Assembly: GCA_030295235.1 (NCBI GenBank)
Contig: AP026131.1
Span: forward strand, 1,054,001 to 1,118,000
Reading direction: 5' to 3'
Source of the DNA: Fistulifera solaris
Taxonomy: Eukaryota
DNA length: 64,000 nt
Shown here piece after piece: positions 23,692-34,885 of the stretch. Under the pieces are notes generated by a model, which did not search any database, was not told the DNA's origin, and saw only the letters and a program-made list of their open reading frames with translations. Numbering within the stretch: position 1 is the stretch's first letter; the number at the start of each line of letters is the position of its first letter. A program made the position numbers and the translations under genes.

Positions 23692-25449
23692 ATGACATCC
23701 AAGAAGATTTTGAGAGGTCAAAAGCTGATATTGTGGAGTTCCACCTGGGCCCTGCTGTCTGCTGTAGCCGCCGAGGCCTTCTCGGCATTGGCTTCTTCGT
23801 CTTCAACCGCACCTACTTCGGTGATTGTTGTCGGAGGAGGACCCATCGGCCTTGCTACGGCGATTACTCTTTCTCGGCCTCCTCATTCCTGTCAAGTGAC
23901 TGTGTTGGAACGTCAAGAAGGGAATGGGCAAGCTTTATATGATCCGACACGATCCTATCTGTACAACGTCAATCCTCGAGGCTTACTGTGGTTTGATCGG
24001 CATTTGAAGACTACGAATTACCCAAATTCGACCGAGATCGATGACCAGCTGTTTCTCCGACTCACACAGAAAGGATCGGCTACAACACAAGGAATGGGAA
24101 ATATTATGGTCGTTCCCGCCGATCCCAACGTCCCGCTGCCCGCTCCTCGTCCGGTGACACTCGGTACGGGCAACGTTACCGTATCCATGAAACGCAGTTA
24201 CTGGATTCCGCGTCATCAAATGGTAGAGATACTGCAAGAAGAATGTCACCGACACAATGTGACGCTGTTGCACGGAAAGCAATTTCAGTCTCTGTCCGCG
24301 AACGAAACGGCCGTCACGGTTTCTTGTGCGGATGGAAGTGAGTACACAGCGTCCCTGGTCGTGGCCGCCGACGGATACGAATCCCCCGTACGCGAGTATC
24401 TCCGGCAATGCAATAGCCAGGACTGGTGCGCCGCACCCCAATGGAAGGTTCGACGCTACCTATCACCGGCGACCGGAGTGAAACTCAAAGCCTTGCAATT
24501 TCCTCCCAATTTTACCATTCCCAATGGGACGGAATCGGTCGTCACGGATTCGGAAGGTATTTATGTTGTTCGTGGAACCAAAGATGGATCACGTACGCGA
24601 TTGGGTTTGGGTTTCCTTCCGGTCAAAGACCCGAATTTGGTGCGTCCGGCCAACACCAACACCCGCCCCGATCACCTCATTTGGTCCATCAAGGACGGAC
24701 CTTCCATGAAACAGTACTTTCAGGAGAATTTTCCTCGTTTCGAGTGGGACAACTATGTGTCGGAGGAGGAATGGGAACGGTTCTCGCAAGCCAAAGGTAC
24801 CAGTTTTCCGTTTTGTCAATATTCCACGGGAGCCGCTGTATGGTCTGCGTCAGGAAATGCCGGCGTCGTGCTCGTGGGAGATGCTTGCCATGCCTTTCCG
24901 CCCGACATTGGTCAAGGAATCAACGCTGGATTACAAGATATTGTAGCCCTGGACCAATCGCTACGAGGCGAAGACATAAATACTCGGGTGGTGGAAACTT
25001 CCGTTCAAAATAGTACTCCGATCACGGCCCCAACCCTGTCGTCCGCACTGGCCGCGTACCGGAAAAACCGCGTCGCCGAACACCGAGCACTCATTCGCCT
25101 AGCTCGATTCGGAGCGCCTTATCAATACCGTCAACCATGGCTGCGTGATCGTATCGGTCGATTTTTGTGGACTCTGAATGTTGCTCTCCGAATCATGTTA
25201 AGCAAGTTGCTTCCATCCATATGCCCACCTCCCGCTGTTCTCTTGACCAACCAAAGACCCGATCTGACTTTTCGTCAAGTCATGAGACGTGCCGATACGT
25301 TGACGTTGGTTTTGCAGATACTTGTTCTGCAATTACTCGGTCTTCGCTTGGGCCTACTCAAGGCGAAATGGCTGTTGTCGAGTTGGATCTCTACTTCTGC
25401 TTTTTACGCGGCGTCACTGCTGGTGCGAAACACGAAAAAGGCTGCGTAA
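23692..25449 (+). CDS. FAD-dependent monooxygenase (kynurenine 3-monooxygenase-like), probably plastid-targeted
   Basis: GGGPIG Rossmann motif, VAADG, and VGDACHAFPPDIGQGINAGLQD. Signal peptide ending AEA-F followed by a Ser-rich segment. Confidence 0.9.
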   Translation: MTSKKILRGQKLILWSSTWALLSAVAAEAFSALASSSSTAPTSVIVVGGGPIGLATAITLSRPPHSCQVTVLERQEGNGQALYDPTRSYLYNVNPRGLLWFDRHLKTTNYPNSTEIDDQLFLRLTQKGSATTQGMGNIMVVPADPNVPLPAPRPVTLGTGNVTVSMKRSYWIPRHQMVEILQEECHRHNVTLLHGKQFQSLSANETAVTVSCADGSEYTASLVVAADGYESPVREYLRQCNSQDWCAAPQWKVRRYLSPATGVKLKALQFPPNFTIPNGTESVVTDSEGIYVVRGTKDGSRTRLGLGFLPVKDPNLVRPANTNTRPDHLIWSIKDGPSMKQYFQENFPRFEWDNYVSEEEWERFSQAKGTSFPFCQYSTGAAVWSASGNAGVVLVGDACHAFPPDIGQGINAGLQDIVALDQSLRGEDINTRVVETSVQNSTPITAPTLSSALAAYRKNRVAEHRALIRLARFGAPYQYRQPWLRDRIGRFLWTLNVALRIMLSKLLPSICPPPAVLLTNQRPDLTFRQVMRRADTLTLVLQILVLQLLGLRLGLLKAKWLLSSWISTSAFYAASLLVRNTKKAA

Positions 25450-25578
25450 CACTACATCCAGCCAGCTTATGTGCGTACAAGTTATAATTCTCAAAGATCA
25501 CGCAATCGACATTCGATTCGTATCAAAAGATACTAATAATATGTGTAAGTTAGAACTCATGCTAAAGGTGCAATACAT

Positions 25579-26320
25579 TTACTTCTTTCGTTGATAAGGA
25601 CCCGCCGTGCGCACGTTTGCCATGACCTTGGCCGCGTTCTGCGCAATCTTGTCAAAGTCTCCCGCCGCAATGGCGGCTTGATCAAAGAGAGGAGCAACCA
25701 ATCCGACCGAGGCGGCTCCATTCTTCAAAAAAATCGGCCGCATTGTCCAAATCCACTCCGGACGTCGGGTTGATACTCAAGAAGGGCAAAGCCGATGACA
25801 CGGCCTTGACCCACATGGGACCTCCGGCGACTCCGGGAAACAATTTCTGCAAAGGCGCACCGTGACGGTACGCACTGACGAGTTCCGTCGGCGTTTGACA
25901 TCCGGGCACACAGACAATGTTGCGTTCCTTGCACCACTGAATGACATCCGGGAGCATGACGGGCGTAATAATAAACTCACTTCCCGCATCCATGGCGGCT
26001 TCGGCATCCGCAATCGTCAAAATAGTCCCACAACCGATCATGACCTTGCCGTCGTACTTTTTGCGAAAATCGGCCAAATGATCCAAACAGTTGGGCGTCG
26101 TGAGAGTGAATTCGCAAATTTCAAAGCCACCGTCAATGGCAGCTTGCATGGCTTTCGGACAGGCTTCCGAAGTGGCCGTGCGGAGAACGGCGCAAGCACG
26201 GATTTGGGCAAATTTGTCGAGGACAGCTTCGTAGTTCTCGACGGATTGCATGCGGTCGGTCGAAAGCAAGCGAACGTGCTGGTTGCTGCGGAGCAAAGTC
26301 TTGGATAGTCGGAGGGCCAT
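25579..26320 (-). CDS. eda: KDPG/KHG aldolase (Entner-Doudoroff aldolase), mitochondrial-type presequence
   Basis: AVLR, EFTLTTP, IGCGTI, FIITP, PGCQTPTE, KLFP and PTSGV motifs. One extra A in the run at ~25727-25733 truncates the ORF; the corrected frame ends ...GPYQRKK*. Confidence 0.92.
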
Positions 26321-26736
26321 GTTGTTGTTACTTGTAGTGAAAGAGGGTCAGGAAGATACTATAGTTACTTTCAACGCAACACACTTTTGAGAAAAAGGAT
26401 GTTGTGAGAAAACAAAGTCAAGAGAAGAAAAAATTTCTCGAGGAATGACTTCAACAAGACTACGATTGGATGGATGTCAATCTTTACGTAGAATTTTCTT
26501 TGGGTGACGTCATCCAGACATTACCGGAGCGCCACGTTGCGCGCCCCACGAAAATGCAAACAGTCCCGAAGAATACAGAGTTCGATTTCAGTCAGGTGAA
26601 AGATGTCACGCTGATCACTTTTCTATATCAACAAGAGACAATCAATCTTGGGTCTGTTTGCCACAAACGTCAATGTAACTTTCATTCAAAATAAATCTTG
26701 AGTTATAAAAAACTCTAATCGACATTATTAGGAACT

Positions 26737-27267
26737 AAAACGTAAAATTCACGAAAGATGCAATGCTTTGAATGTCTACAGGAACGATACGTGGACCTGG
26801 TGGGAAATTTATCGATTCAGAGGTACCCGGATATTGTGAATTTCGACCTCATCCAATTATTGGGTCTACAGCGCTCGGATGTCAACATAACATTGACCGA
26901 CGTAGTTGATACGTACCATGGTACAATCAGTGTCATAGGTTTGAAGACAACAGCAAATGAAACGAGTGATGCAGCGCGTCGAATCTCTACGTGCTTTTCA
27001 CGTAGACCTCGTAGGGAAATTGATCGACTGTGGGGAACCCGGAGTTGACACACTCGATCGACACCAGGTTTCACGTTTCACGTCTGTTTGCGACGAACGT
27101 CATTAGGACGCTCACCAGCATGAAGTATATGCTTGTATTCAAATGATAAATGACATCAATAGCAATTCGAAAACGTAAAATCGCGAATCGAATTTCTACG
27201 TGAAACTCACGTAGACCTGGTAAGGAAATTATTTATCGACGTAGGGGAACCCGGAGTTGTAATTTCT
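26737..27267. repeat. Degenerate triplicated intergenic repeat (~200 bp spacing)
   Basis: Three copies of GAAT.TCTAC...CACGTAGACCT...GGAAATT..TCGA....GG.ACCCGGA at ~26770-26843, 26980-27047 and 27190-27267. AAAACGTAAAAT at 26737 and 27170. Confidence 0.75.
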
Positions 27268-27392
27268 CAACACTCAACGGCTTTTGTCGCGCATGGCATC
27301 ATAAAAACGAAAAAAGAACTTGCGCACATTGACAACAACAACAAGAAGGAACGGACAATCTACGCACAGCATCGCCCTATTATTAAAATATT

Positions 27393-28979
27393 ATGAAATC
27401 TTCAATAAACTGTTCCTGGATCACATTGTTACTAGTACGAATACTGCCGTCGTGTTGGGGCGGCATACCCGCACCTGCCGAATTCTTTGCGGATCAGCGG
27501 ATCGATCATCTTGACACCACGAATCACCAGCGATGGACGCAACGCTACTATGTGTGGGAAGATTCCTTTCAGGGTCCGGGAAGTCCTATTTTTCTAATAC
27601 TGGGCGGAGAAGGAGAGATCACACCCGAAAAAGGATTGTTGTATCCCGCCGTCACACATTATATGGCTCCGTATTTGGGCGCCTTTGTGTTGCAACCGGA
27701 ACATCGGTTTTATGGAGTGTCACAGCCGATCACGCGCGAAGAAATCGAACAACGATCTCGGAACGAACAGCGCGACCCGCGCATTGATTTATTGACGACT
27801 GAACAGGCGTTGATGGATGCCATTCGTTTGTTGCATCATGTGCAAGATCGTTTGGGGTGCAGTCGACAACCAGACGACCCGACGTATTGTCCCGTCATTG
27901 CGGTCGGTGGATCGTATCCAGGTTTCATGAGTGCTATGGCGCGAATGCGCTTTCCGGAATCAATCGATATGGCGTATGCAGCATCGGCTCCGATGCTCTT
28001 TTATGCGCAACAAGTGCCCTCCCCAGCGTATTATCAGCATATTACGCATGTTGCGGAACAAGCCCTGCCCGGTTGTGCCGCGGCGGTCCAAACGACACTA
28101 TCAAATGTTCAAATGTTTTATCAGCATCAAAACTTTCGCAGTACATCTCATCTCATTGGAATTTGTCCCGGCACGATACCCAGCTACATTCAGGATTCGA
28201 AAACATTTCTCGAAGAAGTCAATATGATGGTTGCTTACATCTTTGCAAACCACAATATGGGCTATTATCCTCCCTCGAATACCACAGACCTCTATCAGTC
28301 CTGTTCGGCGTTCATGTCGAAGGAAGACACCGAACACATGTCGATCTCCAGTTCCTTGTATCGTCTTCAACAATTTCTCGTCCAATCACTCGCCGGGCCG
28401 ATCAATCAATGCGTCGATATGCGCGATCAGTTGTCCAGTGGACCCCGTGCGACCATTACGGGCGGTGACTGGAGCGGGGATGGCACCGGAGCGGCGGCCG
28501 ATAGTTGGGATTTTCAAACATGTACTCTGTTGGTCGAACGCATCAGTTTCGAGGGTAGCATGTTCCCCGATCGACCGTGGTCGTTGGAATGGCTGCAAGA
28601 ACACTGTGCGCGGCGGTTTGTGGGAGTCACGCCTCGACCCACTGAATTGTTTGAAAAGTGGCAATGGTTGGATTTCAATCAAACTTCGCGGATACTCTTT
28701 ACCAATGGCTTGTTGGATGGCTGGTCGGTTTCAGGAATTCTTGACAATGTTTCGAACGATATTCTCGTCATTAACTTTACCACTGGAGCACACCACAGTG
28801 AACTGTCGGGTCACATTCCGGATCCACAGTATGACACACCCGAAATATTAGATGGACTGAAACGGATTCGTCACATTCTGGCGGGATGGTTAGACGATAG
28901 GTGGCGCGATTTTGCCAAGAGCGTGGATGCTGCGAGTAGGTATCAGGGGATCGAAATTGCTTTAATTGGAGTAGAATAG
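27393..28979 (+). CDS. Serine carboxypeptidase S28 family (prolylcarboxypeptidase/DPP7-like), secreted or lysosomal
   Basis: Signal peptide; QRIDH, EHRFYG, GGSYPG nucleophile, ASAP, NGLLDGW and GAHHSEL. Confidence 0.95.
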   Translation: MKSSINCSWITLLLVRILPSCWGGIPAPAEFFADQRIDHLDTTNHQRWTQRYYVWEDSFQGPGSPIFLILGGEGEITPEKGLLYPAVTHYMAPYLGAFVLQPEHRFYGVSQPITREEIEQRSRNEQRDPRIDLLTTEQALMDAIRLLHHVQDRLGCSRQPDDPTYCPVIAVGGSYPGFMSAMARMRFPESIDMAYAASAPMLFYAQQVPSPAYYQHITHVAEQALPGCAAAVQTTLSNVQMFYQHQNFRSTSHLIGICPGTIPSYIQDSKTFLEEVNMMVAYIFANHNMGYYPPSNTTDLYQSCSAFMSKEDTEHMSISSSLYRLQQFLVQSLAGPINQCVDMRDQLSSGPRATITGGDWSGDGTGAAADSWDFQTCTLLVERISFEGSMFPDRPWSLEWLQEHCARRFVGVTPRPTELFEKWQWLDFNQTSRILFTNGLLDGWSVSGILDNVSNDILVINFTTGAHHSELSGHIPDPQYDTPEILDGLKRIRHILAGWLDDRWRDFAKSVDAASRYQGIEIALIGVE

Positions 28980-29032
28980 TGTATACCACAAACACACTGA
29001 ACTATAAATAGCAAATATCATAAAATAAAGCT

Positions 29033-30630
29033 TCATTTCGCCAACGGCCCCGCAAACACATTCAAGACACCCGGTATAACTTGTGCCTGAACGGGACCGT
29101 CTTCAATCACTTCTCCATCCAAGTCATTGTAGGATCCTTGCGGCTCGAGTCGATAGGCGGTACAGGCAACGTACTCGGCGCCTTCTACCTCAATGTGCTT
29201 TCCAGTATCCAGACCAAGGAGTACGCGGGTAGCGCGAAATCGTGACATTGGCTTGCGAAGAATAAAAACACGAATTACACCGTCTTGCAAGCGACTGTGG
29301 GGGGAATTCATACTCCCCGTCTGTATCATAAAAATGCGAATAAGAAAACAGAAAAAAGATGCGAAATAACGCGTGCAAGGGCAAAAAGTCTGAATTATTG
29401 AGCACGGCGTATCAGATTGGACGTACCGCCGCGTGACTGACATGGGAAGCCCAAAACAGGATGAAATCATCCTCCATGACAGTCCAACTTTCGGGAACAG
29501 GATCATTTAAAGACGAAGGAAGAACAGGCTTGGGGTCATTCGTGTAGGAAAAACGACCACGATAATGTCGCATACGAAGAATGCACCATGCACCCCATAC
29601 ATCAAAGCGCGATTCACCGAGGCAACGAATGCATTCTGAATCAATATCAATATCGGCAATGTTCCCCCACGCGAATGTCAAGAACGAAGTATATGTATTC
29701 TTGCGTGTCGTGTAAGTGGAGATATCCGTCGCCGTCACATGCCCTTTGCAAATGAGAAAGGTCTCTTGCAGCGGCCCGACCACTTCCCTGACTGGCGTAG
29801 GTAATCGTTTTCGTAAAGCCATTGGCCGACCCACAACCAATCGCTCCCAAACGCAGTTTCGCCAAGGTCGCCATGGCATCGTCTCGGCGCATGACACCAT
29901 TCAAAAATTCATGAATCGTCCCATCCCCGCCCATAAGAATAACCGCATCGTAATCATCCAAAGTTTTATCATTCCCCACCACTTTGGTTTCTCCAATTTG
30001 CATCGCATGCTGGGCATGGGTCGTAACAACCATGTCGCTTTCGATGCCCGCCTGGAGAAGCATGGGTTGTACGACGGTTTCGGCGATGTTCCGCGCGTTA
30101 CGTTTCGGTCCCGATCGAGGATTGACGAGAATGAGATATCGCAATGGAGAAGCTGGCCGACCGGTCACATAATGTTGCAGGACGGCGGCCACCCGAGAGA
30201 CGGCTTGCAAATCTTCCGCCGGTGCCACCACAAAACGATGGTACCGCGCGACTCGAGGCTGGGGATGTTTTGAAGAAGATGATGTTGCGAGTCCCCAGCG
30301 TTGCATCCACGTGAGAGGTTCTTGTTGCGGATAACAGTAAAGGGTGAGGACGGCCGATCCTTGTGTATCGACAGGTTCAGGACTCGTCGGTTCATTTGTC
30401 TCATACTTTTTCTCGTTTGCATTCTTGAGCACAATTTCGACTTGTACACCAATACAGTCGTTCAAATTAATGACTTCTAGTACTCGTTGCGATGATTCGG
30501 AGGAAACAATGGAAAGCTGATTGTTGCCGTCGTAACGAAGAGAGCAAAACACCGAGGACGATTTCCATTCCGGCGGTGTGAACAGTTTGATGTTGGCGGA
30601 TTCCTCTGGCCACGCGGGTAAATTTGACAT
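29033..30630 (-). CDS. Sphingosine kinase (DAGK catalytic family)
   Basis: LVNPRSG, MGGDG, GSANG, WGNIADIDIDSE...LGESRF and DLDGE. Intron 29321-29426; frameshift near 29790. Confidence 0.9.
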
Positions 30631-31339
30631 GACTTTTTTGTTGATTCAAATACTTTGCGAGTGTATTGGATGCGAAGAACGAAAGATAAATGGAGAAAGG
30701 AAGTACAAGTATGTCATTGTCTGCGCATTGTTATTGCAACGAAAAAATTGCATGCAAGCAAAATAATGCCGAGTACCGGACGTAGTGTCTTTTGATTTTA
30801 CTGTTATCCAAAGTGTAGGTTCTAAGAAAGTACGACTGAGTCAAATTATCCGAGGCAGATGCTACTGTACCTCTAAACACCGCTCGTTAACCTAGCTTGT
30901 CAAGCTGCACTTGTCGTTTTTACAATAACATTTATTTTAGAGTCTCTAGTCTACTCTAGCATTGGTTTAATTAAATCGATGGCTTGTGGGTACGGTAGTT
31001 GTCTGCGGAATCGACTATAAACCCAAAGTGTATATTACTTTTTTCACGACTGCAATATTTCAGTCACGATTCACGATGAGAAACTAAAGGGATTGCTTGG
31101 ATCGAAACAATGGAAATATGCTGCTCTACTCCGCTGAAATTAACGTGATTGCGTTGAATTTGCTTCTCATCCCTCGGATCCGCGCGCTGGTATTGAGCAC
31201 ATTGACTTTTCAGCAGGGAAGAATGGCAGAAACGATATTCCCGGAATTTGCCCAACTACTACACGTAGTTGTTCATTCACGCTCAAGCATCTTTCGCAAG
31301 TTTCATTCTTTTACCCACCCATACCCCCATTCGTGAAAT

Positions 31340-32596
31340 TCACGGCTCATTCTGCCTCCACCCCGCATCGCTCAACAATACGCGTGCCACATCTTCCGAT
31401 TGCCACTTCACAAAGGCATCTACCCAGTTCGTCATACTTTCGTCAGCGACCGGCTCACCCTTTCCGCGACCCAGTCGTCGTTCCCACTCGCTGTCATTTC
31501 GAAAACGAGGATCCCATTGTGCCGCGAATTTATATGCCTCGTAGCTTCCCAAGTAATGATTCAGTAAAAGAGGAGATGTAGCGACTGGCCAAGGACCTTG
31601 GCAAAGAGGTCTACCCAAGGGATTGTGTACACTCATCCATTTCTCGAAAATATTCTCCCGATTAGCCAGCACAGTTGTTGGTAAATGACTTAAATGAATG
31701 ATTCCCTTTCCTGTCTGCTGAGCACGAGTTTTGCGGTAGCGATAATTCAACGTCTCCAAAGGAAAGGAACGAATCCAGGATGAATCATCCCTGTTTTGAC
31801 GGTCGCGTTCTGCTGTTGCAGTGTTCCACGGAATAAAATAAAGACGAACAAACAACCAGCAGCTCGCATTCGGTAACCACCGTATCTTTGACGTGTTTTG
31901 ATGATTGAGAAAATAGGAAATGTGCCCTGGACGCGTCGTGTCGTAACCCTTTACAATATCCGTATTGATGCGAAGGTATTCGTCGACGTCGTGGTGAATG
32001 ACACGCGATACATTCTTAGCCGCCAGAGTTAATGTGCATTGTTGCATGAAATAGACTTGTCGATGTTCGTGAATCAATCGTTCAATGGGCTTGTCAGAGG
32101 GGTTTTGACGTTTTACAACTTCCGTCCAGTTGGCCGGCAAATAGTCGTCTTCTTCCCACTCTATAATGTCTATGACATCTTTCCATCGATGTAGCAAGTC
32201 AGTAGCGCGCTGTGTACTCTTGGGATCGTACGCTATTACCAGAGTGCGCAAGGGCAAGGCAAAATAGTGATAGGCGATCCATTCGGTCAGGCGATGGTTC
32301 TGATTCAAGACGAGCGCACATGCCCCAAAGGATTCCTGCGGTGTAAAGGGTGGGGTCTGGATGGTGTTTGATAGATTTGAGTGCTCATCTATTGTATGTC
32401 GTAGCTGCCGCTGTGAAATGGCAAATTCTTCTTTTGTAAAGATTGAACTGTTTTCGTCCACCCCGGCATGATTGACCCTGATGGCAATTAAGATATTCGT
32501 CAAACACAGAAACATAGTCACCAAAGTGGCCAAAGGCTTCAAAGGAGCTGTGGATCGTGTCACAAACGGGCTGCAAATCATTTTACCGACATACAC
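31340..32596 (-). CDS. Putative glycosyltransferase (GT92/GT2-like), type II membrane; paralog A
   Basis: N-terminal TM helix; FGACAL, EWIAYHY, DxD motif HDVDEY and NHYLGS. Confidence 0.7.
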   Translation of the reverse strand: MYVGKMICSPFVTRSTAPLKPLATLVTMFLCLTNILIAIRVNHAGVDENSSIFTKEEFAISQRQLRHTIDEHSNLSNTIQTPPFTPQESFGACALVLNQNHRLTEWIAYHYFALPLRTLVIAYDPKSTQRATDLLHRWKDVIDIIEWEEDDYLPANWTEVVKRQNPSDKPIERLIHEHRQVYFMQQCTLTLAAKNVSRVIHHDVDEYLRINTDIVKGYDTTRPGHISYFLNHQNTSKIRWLPNASCWLFVRLYFIPWNTATAERDRQNRDDSSWIRSFPLETLNYRYRKTRAQQTGKGIIHLSHLPTTVLANRENIFEKWMSVHNPLGRPLCQGPWPVATSPLLLNHYLGSYEAYKFAAQWDPRFRNDSEWERRLGRGKGEPVADESMTNWVDAFVKWQSEDVARVLLSDAGWRQNEP

Positions 32597-33111
32597 AGCT
32601 TGTTAATAAGTGCGGCGTCCAAGGTGATGATGCTGTTCGCTTGAAGTTGCGATCAGCAAAGCCGAAGGAACAGAAAGAAAACCGACACACGATTTACTCC
32701 AAGCCGACCTTATATGAAACAAGTTGTTGTCTTTGGAAGGGCAGCAACAAAAATGAATCATCATCGTTGATAAGGTGAAGGAGGAAATGGGGTGAGTTTT
32801 TCGTTTTGTCATCATCGTCATCATTTCTCGCCAAAAGAAATTGTGGGCCAAGACTACTATAAATAGAATAGTGCTGAGTACCGAACGCGTTCTCCCGACA
32901 TTCTAAGCAGTGTCACAACGTGAAGAGTATTATCGCCAACCAGAAAAATCTTTTGCTAAGGTTTGCATCGTTGATAAACTAAATCGAGGCATAATTGCTA
33001 ATATTACTTAATGAATTTTGCTTATGAATGCGTAATTGGATAATCGTTTTGTCGAATCTTGAGCAGCAACTATGGAAAATTGGGACCCCTTGTTTTAAAA
33101 GAAACGTTTGA

Positions 33112-34370
33112 TCACTTTGGCAACAGCTGCAAGATCTCGTCCTTTAAACCGGCATCACTCAGTAACTGACGCGCCACCGGTTCGGACTGCCACGCTATGA
33201 AAGCCTGAACCCAATTAGTGATTCCATCATCCACACGTGATTTACCTTTCCCTCGGGTCGTACGTCGTTCCCAATCGGTAAGGTTCTGAAAGCGAAAGTC
33301 CCATTGAGAAGCGTACAAATACGCTTCATAGCTACCCAAGTAATGATTCAGTATAAGTGGGGATGCTATCACAGGCCACGGACCCTCGCAGAGAGGTCTG
33401 CCCAAGGGATTGTGCACTTTCATCCATTTGTCAAAGAAATTTTCTCGACGAGACAGCACCGTGGATGGTAGATTGTTTAGCTGTAATATTCCCTTCGCAG
33501 TTTTTTTGTGCAAGAGTTTTCCGCCAGCGATACCGCAACGTGTCAAAGTGTGTGGGTTGAAACCAGGGAAAATTGATATGTTTGTACAAAGATTGACGAT
33601 GACCTGGTGAATCTTCAAACACCGGTGTAAAAAATAGACGGAGCAACACCCAACAGCCCGAATCCCACGACCAGCCGCTTGGTATCTTGGTGAAACTCTT
33701 TTGATTGAGAAATTCGGTAATATGCCCGGGCCGCGTCGTATCATATCCCTTGACGAGATTTGTATTGACGCGCAAGTATTCATCGACATCATGGTGAATG
33801 ACGCGCGATATATTCTTGTCCGCCAAAGTCAACGTGCACTGTTGCATGAAATAGATTTGTCGATGTTCGTGAATCACCCTCTCGATCGGTTTGTCGAGGG
33901 GGAGAAGCGGGTCGATAATTCTCCCGAATGTCCTCCAACCAGTCGGCCGGCAAGTAGTCGTCTTCTTCCCATTCTATGACATCAATGACATCTTTCCATC
34001 GATGTAGCAAGTCAGTAGCACGCTGTGTACACTTGGGATCGTACGCGATGATAAGAGTGCGCATGGGCAAGGCAAAATAGTGATAGGCGATCCATTCCGT
34101 CATGCGATGGTTTTGATTCAAAACAAGCGCGCATGCTCCGAAGGATTCTTGCGGCGAGAATGGCGGAAGCTGAATCGTATGGTTAGCCGCTGTACTGTTT
34201 CGAAAATAAATATGCTCCGGAAAGCCGTGACCTTCGATTCTTCGATACGTTTCGTCCATTTGCTGTCCACGAAAGGCCAAGAAAATGTTCGCTCCGAGCA
34301 AAAGCAAGGTAACCAGAGCCATTAAACGCCGAAAGGGCGCCAAGTTGCCCCCGGAACTTGACCATTTCAT
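33112..34370 (-). CDS. Putative glycosyltransferase (GT92/GT2-like); tandem paralog B (two frameshifts)
   Basis: Same motifs as paralog A, spread over ORFs 33789-34370, 33431-33877 and 33112-33792. Shifts near 33889 and in the T7 run at ~33501. Confidence 0.7.
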
Positions 34371-34885
34371 CGTTTATTTTAAAAACCTTTATAGCAACAA
34401 GCTCGTTTGTCTCCTTGCGGCAATAAAACAAAAGGTTCACCGGAGTAGACTTCTCACGAAAACGAATGATGGCCGTGGTAAAAGTGCGAGCGAAAAAGGC
34501 GGACGAGAGATGCGCGTGCTCGGGTGAGAATTTTTTTGTACATTTCTCGCTATACATACTTTTCTCGTCACTACTTTTCGCGCCATTCGAATTTCGAAGA
34601 CGACTCGCGACTCCACCTAGACACGTGACTCCGAGCAAGCGAGTGGCGGTCAGACGCAGAATGTCAGTCGTATCCACGTGAAAGTCGAGAAGCTTCAAGG
34701 AGGAAAAAAGTGTGACAGCCAACCAACGCTTTATTTTCGTGCCGATTGCTTGCACAGAAAACGCCCATCACACAACATCATCCGCGACCGGTGAATCTCA
34801 CGAGATCATCGTTACGGCGTTGTCATTTACACTTCTCTTTTACTTACCTGCTATCAGCAACTCACAACGTAATCACTGAACTAGA

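Noticed and set aside
25579..26320. Programmed ribosomal frameshift or pseudogene in eda and the other split genes
   Set aside because: The breaks fall in homopolymer runs, go in both directions and occur in many unrelated genes; assembly error is more parsimonious.
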